DNA of 63,844 nucleotides, filler included, from Neolecta irregularis DAH-3 (GCA_001929475.1; 21 parts of 21 records of this genome joined end to end with filler, not necessarily neighbours in it), one strand, 5' to 3'; positions 38,454 to 51,420 are shown, counted from the whole stretch's first letter. Notes: generated by a model from the sequence alone, not told the origin. Numbers and translations: made by a program.

Positions 38454-40995
38454 ATGTTCAGAGTTCCTTTTATAAAGTATTGTAGGTCTAGAAATTCAAA
38501 AACTGACATTCAAGCGTCCCATTGAAATCAACAGAAGAAGTTGACTGGGCAACTCCTTTGCGGAACTATATTCGATCAACGTATGATGACCCCGAGAGAT
38601 ATGTCGACGTATTGCTCTTTGAAAAATGCGCGCTGAATTCAGGGCTACGTTACTATCAGCCAACTGAGACAAGATACGAGGGGGGCAGGGAAAGATCAAA
38701 CAGGAAGGGATATGCTTTATCGGTATACCCATAATTGTTCCGCAACAGGTCGATAATTAGATATTATGCGCAACTTGAACTTCTTGATCTTCGCTTTCCC
38801 ATTGACGAGGCACACATCCAAATCACTTTTACCTGGTAAATTGGCCTTCATCTTCAGATTTAAGATTTAGGTACGATGCCTTCACACAAACACCTACATC
38901 ACAATATTCTCTTGCCTTCGAAAAGGCTTCAATTATCTTTAACCTTGGTGCCATACTCTCTCACATTGCAACTCAAGCAGACACCTCGACATCCGAAGGA
39001 GCCAAAACTGCATATCGCACATTTCAAGGCTCTGCAGGAATATTTCATTTCATTAATGACAGCTTTCTCCACGCCCCAAGTACAGATCTATCAAAGGAAA
39101 TGACGAGCATGCTGAGTCTTGTTATGCTCGCTCAAGCACAGGAGGTATTTCTCGAAAAAACTGTCGCAGATGGCAAGAAAAGTGGAATGCTGGCGAAACT
39201 AGCAAGTCAAGCTGCTTCGTTGTATATGGAGGCTCTATCGAGTGAGGGGATCAAAAGTTCAATGATACCAAAGCATTGGCTGAGTTTGGTTCAAGCATGT
39301 CGAAGTTGTCTCTCAAAATTAACCCAACTTACAGGCCAAGCAGAAATATACCTCTTCCCTAGCATACTACTATCAAGCGTTATCTCTCGAAACCGCAGAA
39401 TCCCACGGTGAGGCGATATCTCATCTTCTCCAATCCGAAGCATTTATCAAAGAGGCCATTAAACACTGCAGCACAGGATATGGCCTATTGATATCTTCTT
39501 CTTCAAATCCTTTGCTCAGCGCAGCAAAAGATCATCTGACGCTATTGACAGAAAAGAAAAAGACTGTTATAAAGGACAATGATTTCATCTATCATGATGC
39601 AATTCCTCTTTCCTCATCCCTTCCTGCAATCGCGAGATTGCCAGCCGCGAGAGCGTTGTCACTACATGAAATATATCCGAAAGAAGAAATTTCCAAGATC
39701 GTTGGTCGCGATATATTCGAAAAGATCGTTCCCTATACTATTCATCAATCTGCGAGTCTCTATTCTGAGGAAAAAGCAAAATTGTTCCGTTCAGAAACAG
39801 AGAATTGCGAGGTCGCCGATCTGGAATTGAAAAGTTCGTTGGAATATCTCAAATTGCCACAAGCACTGAAAATATATGATAAAGATACTGTTGATGAAGA
39901 AAACAATGATTTCGAAACAATCCGGATATGGGCGGGGGAAATTGGAAGCGGAGAGAATTTACAGGACCTTTTCGATCGAATCTCTTCGTTGCGAGATACC
40001 GTTTCTGAGAAATTGAATAAAGCAACTGAAGTATTAGATCAAGAAAGTAGAGAGTGTGAATTTATGAGGGTGTGTATCTTACTGTTTTAATCCTGATATT
40101 TCAGACCAAATTCCAGCATCAGTGGACTCAACAACCTTCATCTATAAAAACGCAACATTTACGGAATGACATTTTGTCATACAAGCAAAACCTAGTTACT
40201 GCATTGCAATCAGATTCAAAGCTCTCTGCTCTCTACGATCAGCACAAACCTATAATTCAGCAACTTTTATCGCCCACACTGGATTGGGATATCCGCGCTC
40301 AGGTATCCAAATCTCGTTCGTCGGATCAAAGCAACAATCTTCTTGACCTAGAGCCTGATTATTCGTCAACATTGGACAAAAATATCGAGATCTTAAAATC
40401 ACATCTCTCCCACCTTCAGAATCTTAAATCGACTCGTTCGAAGGCATTAAAAGATCTCAAGGCGGCATTGCATAAGGACGATATAACTTCAATTCTCCTG
40501 ATGAATTCACGATCATCCCACTCTGAATCTGATATCTTCAAAAGGGAATTACAAAAGTTCCATAGCTGGCAAGAACGAATTAAAATTGCGAATCAACATC
40601 AATCGGAAATCATCAAAGCGGTCACGGCTACATACAAGGAAATACTCAAAGATCCGATTTCTATAAGGATTCGCAAGACAGTTTCTGATGACGAGGGAAC
40701 CTGGAAAACGGCACTTGAGCAATATCGGGACTCGAGAAGGGTTTGGGGGGAGGTCATAACTGGGTTGAAGTTCGTCACATTAAATGTTATAGCATGCTAA
40801 TACAGCAGGAATGCGATTAAATTTTATGAGGAAATAGATAGGGCTTGCGGCTCTTTGCTACAGCGGATTAGTCATTTTGTTTCAGAGAGAAGAAGAGAAG
40901 GAGGCGAAATTCTTGAAAAGATTGAGAATGATCTACCAATGATAAATCAAGAACGGCTGAGGGAACATCTTGGACGAATGAATTTTGGAAGTTGA
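38454..40995 (+). CDS. BRO1: ESCRT accessory protein Bro1, multi-intron
   Basis: VPLKSTEEVDW, YYAQLELLDLRFP, SLAFEKASIIFN, MLAQAQEVF, KDNDFIYH, SLYSEEKAKL. Confidence 0.92.
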
Positions 40996-41875
40996 TATGT
41001 ATTTTTGGAGACCTTTCTGGATATACCCTGGAACAACCGGTATCATTTTAATTAGGAGATTAATTTCGGTCTCATTTTAAACCGATTGATTAAAATGTGT
41101 TGCAGAGCCGGCGAATTTTACACTTGTTATGAACATTTTCCTACCCCGTGTCTCACCCTCAACCCCATAGATTTTTACTATAGAGACAGCTCTAGGACCC
41201 CTCCACGCCCATAAGCTGCCTCCGTCTCTCCTCTCAGTCTCAGCCTTTTCAATTACTACAATAGATTTCTTACTTAGGAAGTCAGGAGGTGCCACAGCTC
41301 CCAGCGATGGCACTCTCTGACCCGTCATCCTGTCTCAGTATTGTCTTTCCATGTTTCTCCCCATATAGAACTGTAGGGCCGCCTTGCCAGAAATTGCTAT
41401 AAAAGGAGGCCCATTTCTTAATCATATTACAATTCTTCTGATTACAGATCTCCAAAGATCCGGAAGCCCAATATCAGCGTGCTCGCCAATAACCAACCAA
41501 TCTATTACGACTAAGCTACAACTATAAACTCCGTATAAACCTTAAGCTTCAACCTGTGTGTGACAAACACTAACGTACATCGAGATGGAATCTTTGAAAC
41601 TGGATATGTAAATGGGAGCAATGTGATAGATTACTCCTATCAGTAGAGTTCTATAATCATCGAACCCTCAGCGATGTTGCAAGAGGACGGTATGATACCA
41701 GATCTTGATGATAAGCGGAATTTAGATATCATTATGATTTTCGTATTGGTGCCTATAATATGTGCATAAATATTTNNNNNNNNNNNNNNNNNNNNNNNNN
41801 NNNNNNNNNNNNNNNNNNNTTAATTAATTAANNNNNNNNNNNNNNNNNNNNNNNNNNNNNNNNNNNNNNNNNNNN

Positions 41876-43048
41876 CAGCTTAGGACCTTGCAGACGAAGA
41901 CTTTTGCGCCTTCTGGATCTGGGCCTCTGGAGACGCGTTCTTAGGGAGCGAGGTTGCCTTCTTCTGAGGATATTGCTGCTGCGCTGTTTGCCCCATACCG
42001 AGCGAGGTTGACTTCCTCTTTGAGCTTCCGAGCTTTTCTTGCGGCCAGATCGATCCTCCGCCTGTCACCGGTATTGCCAACATCTTGGATCGGGAAGCAG
42101 CCGACTTGCTTGTTGACCTTCCTGCGGATGGGGAGATCAATCGCGTATTGAGGATGTCGTCATTTGGTTTGTCGGCGGTGGTGGTTCCTTGTTCTTGGTG
42201 GCTGTAGGTGTTCCAGGAATCCCCACAAAAATGACCATCTCTGACATCTGTCCTTGTTGATGATCCAATAGGGCGAGTATTGGATCGTGAGATGAAGGTG
42301 CTTAGTGACTGTTCTGACCCTTTTCCATAGCAATTATCGATCTTTGGTACCTTAAGAGATACCACATCAGGTTCCACTTCAGAAAACTTTCGTTTGCTTT
42401 GGTTACGGTTGTGGCTTTGAGTGTCTTCTGTTGCAAGTCCTGATGCTTCATTACTTGGTGCTGACCAAGGCTTGATCCCAGGCCATTCAAGTTTCCCACC
42501 TTTCTTTGGAACTGGACGCGCAAGTTTTACAAGCACTGTTTGTGCCCAATATTCTTGTTCTTCTAAATCGTTCGTTCCTGAAAGTTGTGCAATGATCTCC
42601 TTGGCCTTTATTTCAAAAGGTGTACTATCTTTACTCTTGTACTAGCAGATTAGTGCAATCAAGAGTGCAGATATTCACCAATGCTTTCGCAGACTTGATC
42701 AACGCGCGATAACGTAACCCGCAAGCGTGGTGTGTGGAAACAAAACCCGACACTGAAGGATCACATCCATCTAAAACGAGTGCAACGACCTGGAAGGAAG
42801 GTCCATACCATATTTGCATATCATCGTAAGCTGTTGGTATACAAATCGGAAGGCCTAGTTTAGGTTTATTTTTGAGCAAGAGTTTCCACTCGTCTACTAT
42901 TTGCTGTACGGTTTTTTCGACCACAAGTGAAGTTTCATCATCAGACTGATGTGATGCAACAAGATGAAAAATCCCAAAGGCAACAGACAATAAGGACCTG
43001 TGAGAATAAGCACAAGCGTGAAGTGATGCAGTACCATCTAAATAACAT
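41876..43048 (-). CDS. Secreted header-domain family protein C with long disordered basic tail
   Basis: Exon 1 43035-43048, intron 42998-43034; signal peptide MLFRWSLLSVAFGIFHLVAS; GLPIC..WYGPSF..LDGCDP; tail with SKRK motifs. Confidence 0.72.
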
Positions 43049-43191
43049 ATCGATGTAAGGTCGGCGTTTAAGGGAAGGCCGTGAAATATGTTGCACGCAG
43101 GATGTAGCTGGATGGCAGAGGTGTTTATAGGATTATAGATTGTTGTTTGTTGATTGGTGAGCGCGGTGGTATAGGCTTTCAATCTCTTGGG

Positions 43192-43343
43192 CAGTGTTGT
43201 GGATGGGCCAAAGCGGGCTTTTTAAAAAGCCAGGCCCATGGGCTTTTTTGAGGGTCCGGGGAGCATGGGCTTTTTCCTAGACAGGCTCATGGGCTAGGCC
43301 GGGCTTTTTTCTAGTCAGGGCCTATGTCCCATCTACAACATTA
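43192..43343. mobile_element. MITE, ~150 bp with imperfect 18-bp TIRs
   Basis: CAGTGTTGTGGATGGGCC ... GTCCCATCTACAACATTA; internal GGCCCATGGGCTTTT repeats shared with 5720-5790, 48400-48475 and 51122-51200. Confidence 0.7.
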
Positions 43344-44143
43344 GGCCACCTTAATAGGATAATACTATTTATATCCTATATTGATACTATTTATACTATT
43401 TATACCTTATATTTATACTATTTATATTATATATTAATAGTATTTATGTTATATAACACACTATTTATATATTACTTTGACACCTTTGAATCAATTGACT
43501 GAATCAAAAATGTGATTCAGTAAAAATTTATATAGTTTATTACAGTCGAGTTTCCATAGCGGTGATCTGCTTGTGGCTCATGTATATCCTGTTCCTGCCT
43601 TGGGTTGGTGTCAGCACGCGAACTTGGTTTTGGTGCTTAGTGAGGTAGGCTATGGTCAGGTACTTGTCAGCACGCAGGTTCCAATCAGTGTTTACAGTGA
43701 GTTCTGACTGCTTTGATGAAGGGTAGGTTATTAGTGAAAATGGGGTTGAAGCTCTGTTGTGCGAGGCGGGGTCTTGTAGCGAGGGATCAGGTTATTAAAG
43801 AAAGGACTTGACTCGTTATTCAGACAGTATCCTCGTCTATCTAAAAGGAAATCTTCGCAGCCCTTTTATCCTATCCGCAGAACACACGCTATGCCAAGTG
43901 GCTCGAAAAAACAAAGATAAGAAAGTAAGTAAGTAAGTAAATAAAGATAAGAGCTTCTCTAAACTAGACCCAGTGAGACAACCGGCCGCATTTCCCCTAT
44001 ACGAGAGACCGATGGCGAGCCAGACCGATCCAATGACCTAGTTNNNNNNNNNNNNNNNNNNNNNNNNNNNNNNNNNNNNNNNNNNNNTTAATTAATTAAN
44101 NNNNNNNNNNNNNNNNNNNNNNNNNNNNNNNNNNNNNNNNNNN

Positions 44144-44553
44144 GCGGGGCGGGCGGGCGCAGTGTGCGGGCGCCGTGAAGATGCCTGAGCGCGGGTGCGC
44201 CGTGCGGAAGTAGGCCTTGCTGCGCGGGGGCGTGAGCGGGAGCGCGGCGGCGGCGGGAGCGCGTACCCGTTGACGCTGCCGTCGTTTTTGCCCAGGCCGC
44301 GGAACTCGCGCACCAGCTCGACGCCCACAAACAGCCCGGGCTTGTCTGCGACGGGGCCGATGTAGCGCACGACGCCCGTCATCGGCCCGGGCACGTCGAC
44401 GACTTCGCCGACCGCGAGATCGGGCGACTGCGGGCTGCGGGCGGGCGGCGGCCGTGCGGCGGAGTTGGCGGTGAGCTGCTGCAGCGACTGTTTGCGCGCG
44501 AGGCCCATCGGCGTGCGCAGCGCGGGGCGGGCGGGCGTCGACACGGTCGCCAT
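44144..44553 (-). CDS. CAP-Gly microtubule plus-end protein (CLIP-170/Tip1/ClipA-like), 3' truncated
   Basis: VGEVVDVPGPMTGVVRYIGPV..KPGLFVGVEL..GKNDGSVNG|KAYF. Confidence 0.8.
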
Positions 44554-45637
44554 GGTGTTGAGCGGCGAGTCGCAGCGAGGCTCCGCGCAGGCCAACAGAC
44601 GCCGATGCGAGGGTGTTTGCGGAATGCGCTGCTCGCAGGCAGCACAATCACAACAGTGGTCGGTGGGAGCCCCGCACACGTGGCGGCCGTCCGCAGGCCC
44701 GCAAGGACGAGCCGGCCGAGAGAACAGACTACGCGGAATAGCGCCGCCGCATTGAACCCGGACAGCTGGAACAGTCGGTGTCCCAGGCTGCAGCACGCCA
44801 GGCTTGCCGGTGTTCGCTGGGGGTTCTGACGTGATCGTAACACGCCTGTTCAATCGCCCCAACCAAGCCGTGCATAGACTCTCCTTGATATCCCAGTCAT
44901 CCAGAACTATAAGAGAGCTGGAAATATGAGAGCTGGAAATAAGAGAGCTGGAAATAAGAGAGCATAGAGGATATATTATGGGGCATGTTCACACTGCAGC
45001 GTGCGCCATAGGCGTACCACCCCCCATTCCATGTGGTTGCCCAACACTGAGATAGACTAGTTATATCGGGCTGGAGGGATTAGGCGGATGGGGAGATATA
45101 TCAAAACAAGGAGTATCTCGTTCTCCAGGCTATAATACAACCTGGTTCTCGATTCTATCCAGTGTCCTCTCTATCGCGGATACATAGGCATACACAAAGG
45201 GCGATGAGGCGTTTTGCACACTTTTCCTCAACACAAGTTGTATCAGACAATATTCAGAGCTTTCCACTTTGGGTTGCTCACGATTTATCCAACGTTATGA
45301 TATTGATGATTCTTTTCTTCTTTTCAACACTCATGCGTAGACTTTGTTGTCTTACTGAAGTCATCTGGTAACCCCTATGGTATCCATGTCTCGTTCAACT
45401 TACCTTTTAAACAAAAACAAGAGTAGAACAGCAATATTGATACAAATGTTCAAACTTTCACCAACTCCGTTTGCTTGATCCTAGCTGAATGCAAAAGACC
45501 TAAAATTGGCCACTCAAACACTAATATCCGTTGAACAAGGTCTCAGAGGGCTATGTTTCATATTGATCAGACTCACAAGTTGAACTTAAATAAAATTTAG
45601 CTCTTGCTACAAGACCCTCACTGACCTTGATATCACC

Positions 45638-46316
45638 ATGTTCTTTGCGTGGTAATCCCCTTTCGCCCAAACACTGCTTATTCTTCAAGGCCATTATTCG
45701 TTTGTGCTCTTTCTGGTTTCCAGCTCGTTGCACCACAAATGCCGGGTGAAACCAACTGCCAGGAAGCATTTGTGAAACGAAGAGTGACCGAGTTGAAAAC
45801 CTTCCTGGACAACAAGAACCCAAGAGGAATCCCCCTTTGCAACCCGGACGCCTACAAAAATATCAAAGATGCGTACGGAGATGACTTTCACATCATTACA
45901 TTCGTGTTAGATGGATGTCAGCCTCATCTCCGAAGCAGCCTGATCTTGTCATATGCGGATTGTAAACAACGTCGCTTTCATTTAAGACGTTCACTAAACA
46001 GATTGGTGAACAACTACACCCATCATTTTCACTAATCGACTAGTTCCTCAAAACGTGGCTTACGATTGATGAATTCATGGCATTGGATATTATCACAAGA
46101 CTTGCAAACCAATACACCAATTATCCACCGCAACTTTGGCTTGCAAATGAGCTTGTGGATGCTGCTCGTCCATATCCTCACCGGCTAAATGCGACAATTG
46201 CACCTGGGTTGATGGACTGGGTTGCAATCGACCGTGCAGCATTACACCCGGCAACGGAAGGTACTCTTACTCTTCCCAATATGACCACAGCAAAACGGAG
46301 ACATGATGATCATATA
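45638..46316 (+). CDS. Secreted header-domain family protein B, 3' truncated
   Basis: Exon 1 45638-45651, intron 45652-45689; signal peptide MFFAWPLFVCALSGFQLVAP; GIPLC..AYGDDF..LDGCQPH; second intron at the same position as in paralogues. Confidence 0.72.
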
Positions 46317-46463
46317 NNNNNNNNNNNNNNNNNNNNNNNNNNNNNNNNNNNNNNNNNNNNTTAATTAATTAANNNNNNNNNNNNNNNNNNNNNNNNNNNN
46401 NNNNNNNNNNNNNNNNGGGGGGGGGGGGGGTAAGAAGGGGATTAGCAGATTTCCAACTCCAAA

Positions 46464-46981
46464 ATGTCGTTCTCCATCCTTCGTGTTTCAATATCTATAA
46501 CTATTTTTTCAAACCTCTCAAAATTGCCATATAGAATCTTTGTGCGAAATGCCACGAAGAAATCATCAGGATTTACAGTGGGAAGCAAGGATTCTGCGGG
46601 AAAAAGATTAGGACCTAAAAAATATGGGGGTTCTAACAAAAACGTCAAAGGCAGGCTGGCTAACATCTAGGCCAAGAAGTTAAAGCGGGAAATATTCTCA
46701 TGAGACAAAGAGGCACAAAATTCTTTGCGGGAGAGAACGTATGTTCATAATTCGCTGAAGAGATGCTCATCAACAAGGTTGGAATGGGCCGGGATCATAC
46801 GCTGTTCGCTCTACAACCTGGATATGTCCAATATTACCAGCATCCGACTCGGCCGAAAAAAAAGATGATAGGAATTGTGTTTGATAAATCGTACAAGTTG
46901 CCTCGGAAAGCCGGTGAACCCCGCGCAAGACGGCTAGGGTTAAACTTGGTCAAACATTCACCCGCACAACTAAGGACATGA
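46464..46981 (+). CDS. MRP7: Mitochondrial ribosomal protein bL27m, 2 introns
   Basis: ATKKSSG..KDSAGKRLGPKK, GNILMRQRGTKF, VGMGRDHTLFA. Confidence 0.92.
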
Positions 46982-47204
46982 AACAAGCAATGAAAATGAA
47001 CAATTGAAGTTTTGTAATATCAGTTTTATCAAAATGAATCTATATATTGAATGACAACACACACTTTTAAATCCCACCCCAGAATTCCAGGACTCCATAA
47101 ATGTCACGAACCAAAAGAATGGCCCGAGGCAGAAGAAAGACTATCACAATGCTCACCAAGGTTAATCCTGATGGATCTCTACACCTTCTAATGTGGCCGA
47201 AATG

Positions 47205-47582
47205 TTATATTTCGCCAGGCTTTTTGGAATTACACGCCACAATTTTCACCTTGTCGACCTGCAACGTTTCATTTTCGAACCGGAACTGTGGGTTCTTGAT
47301 AATAAAAGTCCAGACTTCGTCACAGAAACGGTATGTTTTGAGGTGGCCCTTGGGAATGAGGACAGCTGTTGGAAGTAGAGAAAATACCTTGAACATTAAG
47401 CGTGATTTCGCTTTATTAACCAGAGCTTCAGTAAAAGACCTGTCAAACTGTAAATGATTAGTAAGAAAAAGATCCCCGAGGTGGTGTACATTTGAAAGTA
47501 CCCGCATGGCTAGTTGCGGGGTGATTCGACGATCGCCGACTAATTCGTCGAGGGCATCTAACAGTGCGACGCCGCAACTATG
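47205..47582 (-). CDS. TOA2: TFIIA gamma (small) subunit, 5' truncated
   Basis: [43 protein letters not shown]. Confidence 0.93.
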   Translation of the reverse strand, partial: HSCGVALLDALDELVGDRRITPQLAMRVLSNVHHLGDLFLTNHLQFDRSFTEALVNKAKSRLMFKVFSLLPTAVLIPKGHLKTYRFCDEVWTFIIKNPQFRFENETLQVDKVKIVACNSKKPGEI

Positions 47583-47878
47583 NNNNNNNNNNNNNNNNNN
47601 NNNNNNNNNNNNNNNNNNNNNNNNNNTTAATTAATTAANNNNNNNNNNNNNNNNNNNNNNNNNNNNNNNNNNNNNNNNNNNNGGCACGAAAAATCCTGCT
47701 TGATGGAAGTACTTGAGGAAACTACCAGAGCAAAGAAACAACTGCCTGAGGCGGAGAAATCATAACATTGTCCCTTTTAGCCAGCTAGTCTGTGGATCTA
47801 TTTATCCCGGCTATTACCCGGATATACCCATACCAATACAGCAAGTGGCGGAGAAAGAAATAAGACATTAGCTAGAAT

Positions 47879-48022
47879 TGTGTATAAAGACTGTGGGCGC
47901 ATATCTTAGTCTAAGCTTACGAGTCTACAAGCTTAGATTAAGGTATGCAAGCTTACACGTATACAAGCTTAGATTAAGGAAATATAACCTAATCTTATTG
48001 TACTCGAGCTTCAACGCTTACA
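47879..48022 (+). mobile_element. LTR-like family A copy with internal AAGCTTAGATTAAGG repeats
   Basis: Ends CTCGAGCTTCAACGCTTACA, as in 1-66 and 15578(-). Confidence 0.6.
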
Positions 48023-49575
48023 GTGGGGGTTCTAGAACCCCCACTGCCACTGCCACCAGGGACAAATAACCACCACCACCGGCAAGCCAAGTGACGACAT
48101 CCCCAAAGCGCGATTGATCTCTCCCCGCTAGAAGAGCTAGGAAGCTCAATAAGGAAGTCTACCGCATCCCTATCAAAGAGGGTAGCAATACTGTTGATAC
48201 GCTAGCGATCTCTGTCTGCAAGAAGAGCTCGGATGCTCAAAGAGGAAGTCAAACCCGTCATTAGGGCGGGCGAGGTGGGCGACGGGCATGAGGCGGGCGA
48301 GACGGGGTGCGTGCACTGCTCGCCGCAGTGGTTCTTTGTGTATGCGTTGCCTGGGCTTGCATGGCTGCACCTGCTGCACGCGGCGGCGGTGTGCGGCGAG
48401 GACCATAAAAAGCCTGCCTCAGCCGATGGGCCGGGCTTTTTTCTAGGCCTGGCCCACGGCCCATCCCTAACACTGGTCTGAATTCTATGCAATGGGATGG
48501 AAAATTCTCGGATGGTGGATGTTTGCGAAGCGGTTTCCCATTCCTACAAGGTAGCCCTAATCCTAAACCTGGCTTCAATGTACGACTACACCGACAGTCG
48601 ACAGCGAGAGGTTCTCGAACCTTTGAAGAGGAAATTCAGGCAAGACTATTACTCCTGGTAAACACCTTTATTTTTATCTACAACTGACTCAAGACGGACG
48701 CCCTCAATCAAATCTATACACTCAATTCAGCCTGAAAAACCACTCAGAACCGAAAGTCGAATTTGAAATTACACCTTGTGGAAACAAGGAAGCAAATCGC
48801 AGAGGCCAAACGCAGAAGGAACAGGTACTTCTGAGTCATGACGATAGTTTCAAGTTCAAGGTCCATTTTTCACCTTTTAATTGCGATATTGACTGTTTCG
48901 GAATGGCAGACATACGATCTTTTGCGGAAAAGTTTGAACAGTTGAAAGAATCAGCTTGGAAGGATGGCATTACGACAAAATGTCTGTGCAGATAACAGTA
49001 ATATCTCTTTAGAGACATCCTTACCAATGCGGCTGGGAGCATGGAACAGCTATGTGTTTCATCTCAGAAGTGTCTTGAACGCTTTTGTACAATAAAATGC
49101 AAGACTATCTGCATCCAGAACAACTGAGACATGAGAGAGAGGAAGGTCTCGTGGGATGTCCTGCATCCCACGCCACCTCAAAAAGGGAAATCTATAGCGG
49201 CTACTCAGAGAAGAGAGTGAAACGAGGTAAATGAATTCTGGGTGCAACACATGTGGAATGCTGTCTCAGACGCTGAAAATCTATAGCAGAATGTAAGACT
49301 AAAATAAAAGTCAACCGAAAAGAAAAGTTGCACCTTCCAGACAGGCTCTGCCAGCAGTCAGAAGCAGTTGTGTTGAAAGAGTCGGCTTTCAGTGGTGATC
49401 ATTCAGCAATATCCGAATCAGCCTCAAATTGCATTATTCAACCACATGCCCGCATTCAGAAACATTTGTGTTGAAAGAGAGTCAGCCATTTACTATTTCC
49501 GTCGTGAGTGTTTTTTTACAAGATTATTTAACCGTGAGATGCCCGCCCTAAATATTTTCTAACTTATCACAAACC

Positions 49576-50998
49576 ATGTTGTCGATTTTGTTTTTCATCG
49601 CGCTATGCGGAAAGCTGTCCTTTGCAACCTTGTCTCTCAATCAATTCAATAGAGTTGCTGTGGTTGAGCAGATGGCAGCAAATTGCAATAACTTGTACGA
49701 GGCAATTCATAGTAGTGTTGTCTACATTGGGCAGGATATGAAAACCTTGGAATCCCTAACTCCAGAAGAAAGATGTGCTGAAGAATGTGTCAATGCCCAA
49801 TCTTTCTGCAAATCATTCGTTGTGGTATATGTTAAAGCAAGCATACTCAGCTGCTACACGTTTGCTTTTGGATCAGCAAATATCCTGCCCCACTTTCATA
49901 AACGCGAGGACTACCTAAGGTCAACATCAAGAACTACGTATGGTGGGGTTTAAAGAGTGACCTGATGTTTTAGTGTCTCCTCTAGCCCTTGTCTCTTACG
50001 GTCACTATACGAGTATGAAAGGGATTTAAAAAGTTATCTGATGTTCTAGCATCAACATTGAGCCAGATTATGTAACCTCTGTACTCGAAATAACTCGTGA
50101 TTTCATCGATCTTGGTTATGATAAAGCCAAATTTATAAATAAAGTCGGGCATTACTGCAGACCTGATGTACACAGCCTCGCAGATAATCAAGGGAATGAA
50201 GCTAAATATCTGACGAATTTTATCGATACTTGCAGAGCAGCTGCATTAAAGGACAGAGCTAACTTCCCTACAATCTCGAATTCTGAACAACCAACTGACG
50301 AATATCTCGATCGAAAGTCGGTCATTTCCGCACTCAAGTCATGGATTTCTCCAAACCCTCAATACTCGACAAATGTTGATCAACTCGTATTGATGTTTCT
50401 CAAGCTTTACGGACCTAGTCAACATGCCTATTCTTCATCCGAACAGTATTACTTTACTATGAATCAATCTGGTAACAGGCTCTCTCGTGCAATTGTCGTT
50501 TCATTCGGGCCAGGTCACTATATTACGATAACTTCAGGATATACTGCTTATGATACGATCAAATACATATCTGCAGATGGTACATTTGCCAAAAAGGTCG
50601 AGAGAGCACAGTTCGCTGCTTCCCTATTCCGACGGTTCTCGGGCAAGCTAGGCGGTGGAACGACGGGGCTTCGTTCCCAACACTTTACCGGGAAACATCA
50701 CATAGATTGTGTTGGTATAACTCGGGAGCCTGGCATCTCTGTACCCCAGCTTCAGCAATTGACAGCGATGGCAGTGGTCAATGACATTATATCCACATTA
50801 TACGATGGACCTGGAATACTTCTTGAGCAACGCTGGACCCGCGATTTGGTTACATTCGTATTATCATGGGTTTACAAGGTTCGTCAGAGCGATGTCAACT
50901 TTGAAGCCGAACGCGACCTTGAAAGTCGTGGCCCTCGAATCATGAAAAGTTTTTTTCCAGGCTCTGCCTCTATGGTTGATATCATTACTCAAAGCTAA
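49576..50998 (+). CDS. Secreted PAN/Apple-like module protein with C-terminal globular domain, 2 introns
   Basis: Signal peptide MLSILFFIALCGKLSFA; CAEECVNAQSFCKSFVVV...CYTF; splicing two short introns between ~49940 and ~50050 joins the 49576 and 50390 ORFs. Confidence 0.72.
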
Positions 50999-51121
50999 CG
51001 CCACACGTAAAATAGATGTAGTTCGATAGACAATATTGTATTCCAATGTATTTTCAGGTTAATGAGTATTGATTTTCTATGTTTATTCACCTCTAAGTCG
51101 CAATCCGATTGCCGGTGTATG

Positions 51122-51420
51122 CAGTGTTGGCTATAGGCCATGGGCTTAGCCCGGCCCATTAAAAGCCCATGGGCATACATGGGCCGAGACGGGCTTTTTC
51201 ACGTGATATTAAATAATACTATGAAGCCCTTCTCCCATGTCTCCTCTCTAAACCGCAGGCGGACTGGCCTCGCCTGCCCGCCCCGCCTGCCACCCTTGCC
51301 AGTCCATCTCTCCAGCCTCTTCCATCTCATCCTCCTCGTGTTCTTTACGCCCTCCTCGCCTGCTTGTCTCGCCCGCCTCTCCCGTCTATCTCTCCTGCCT
51401 CTCCCGCCAGTCTCAAGCAG
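51122..51420 (+). mobile_element. CAGTGTTG-terminated repeat with GGCCCATGGG subterminal repeats and pyrimidine array
   Basis: Shared motifs with 43192, 10533 and 59740-60490. Confidence 0.65.

Noticed and set aside
19635..40995. Clustering of two BRO1-domain genes (PalA and BRO1)
   Set aside because: They are on different contigs, so proximity is a concatenation artefact
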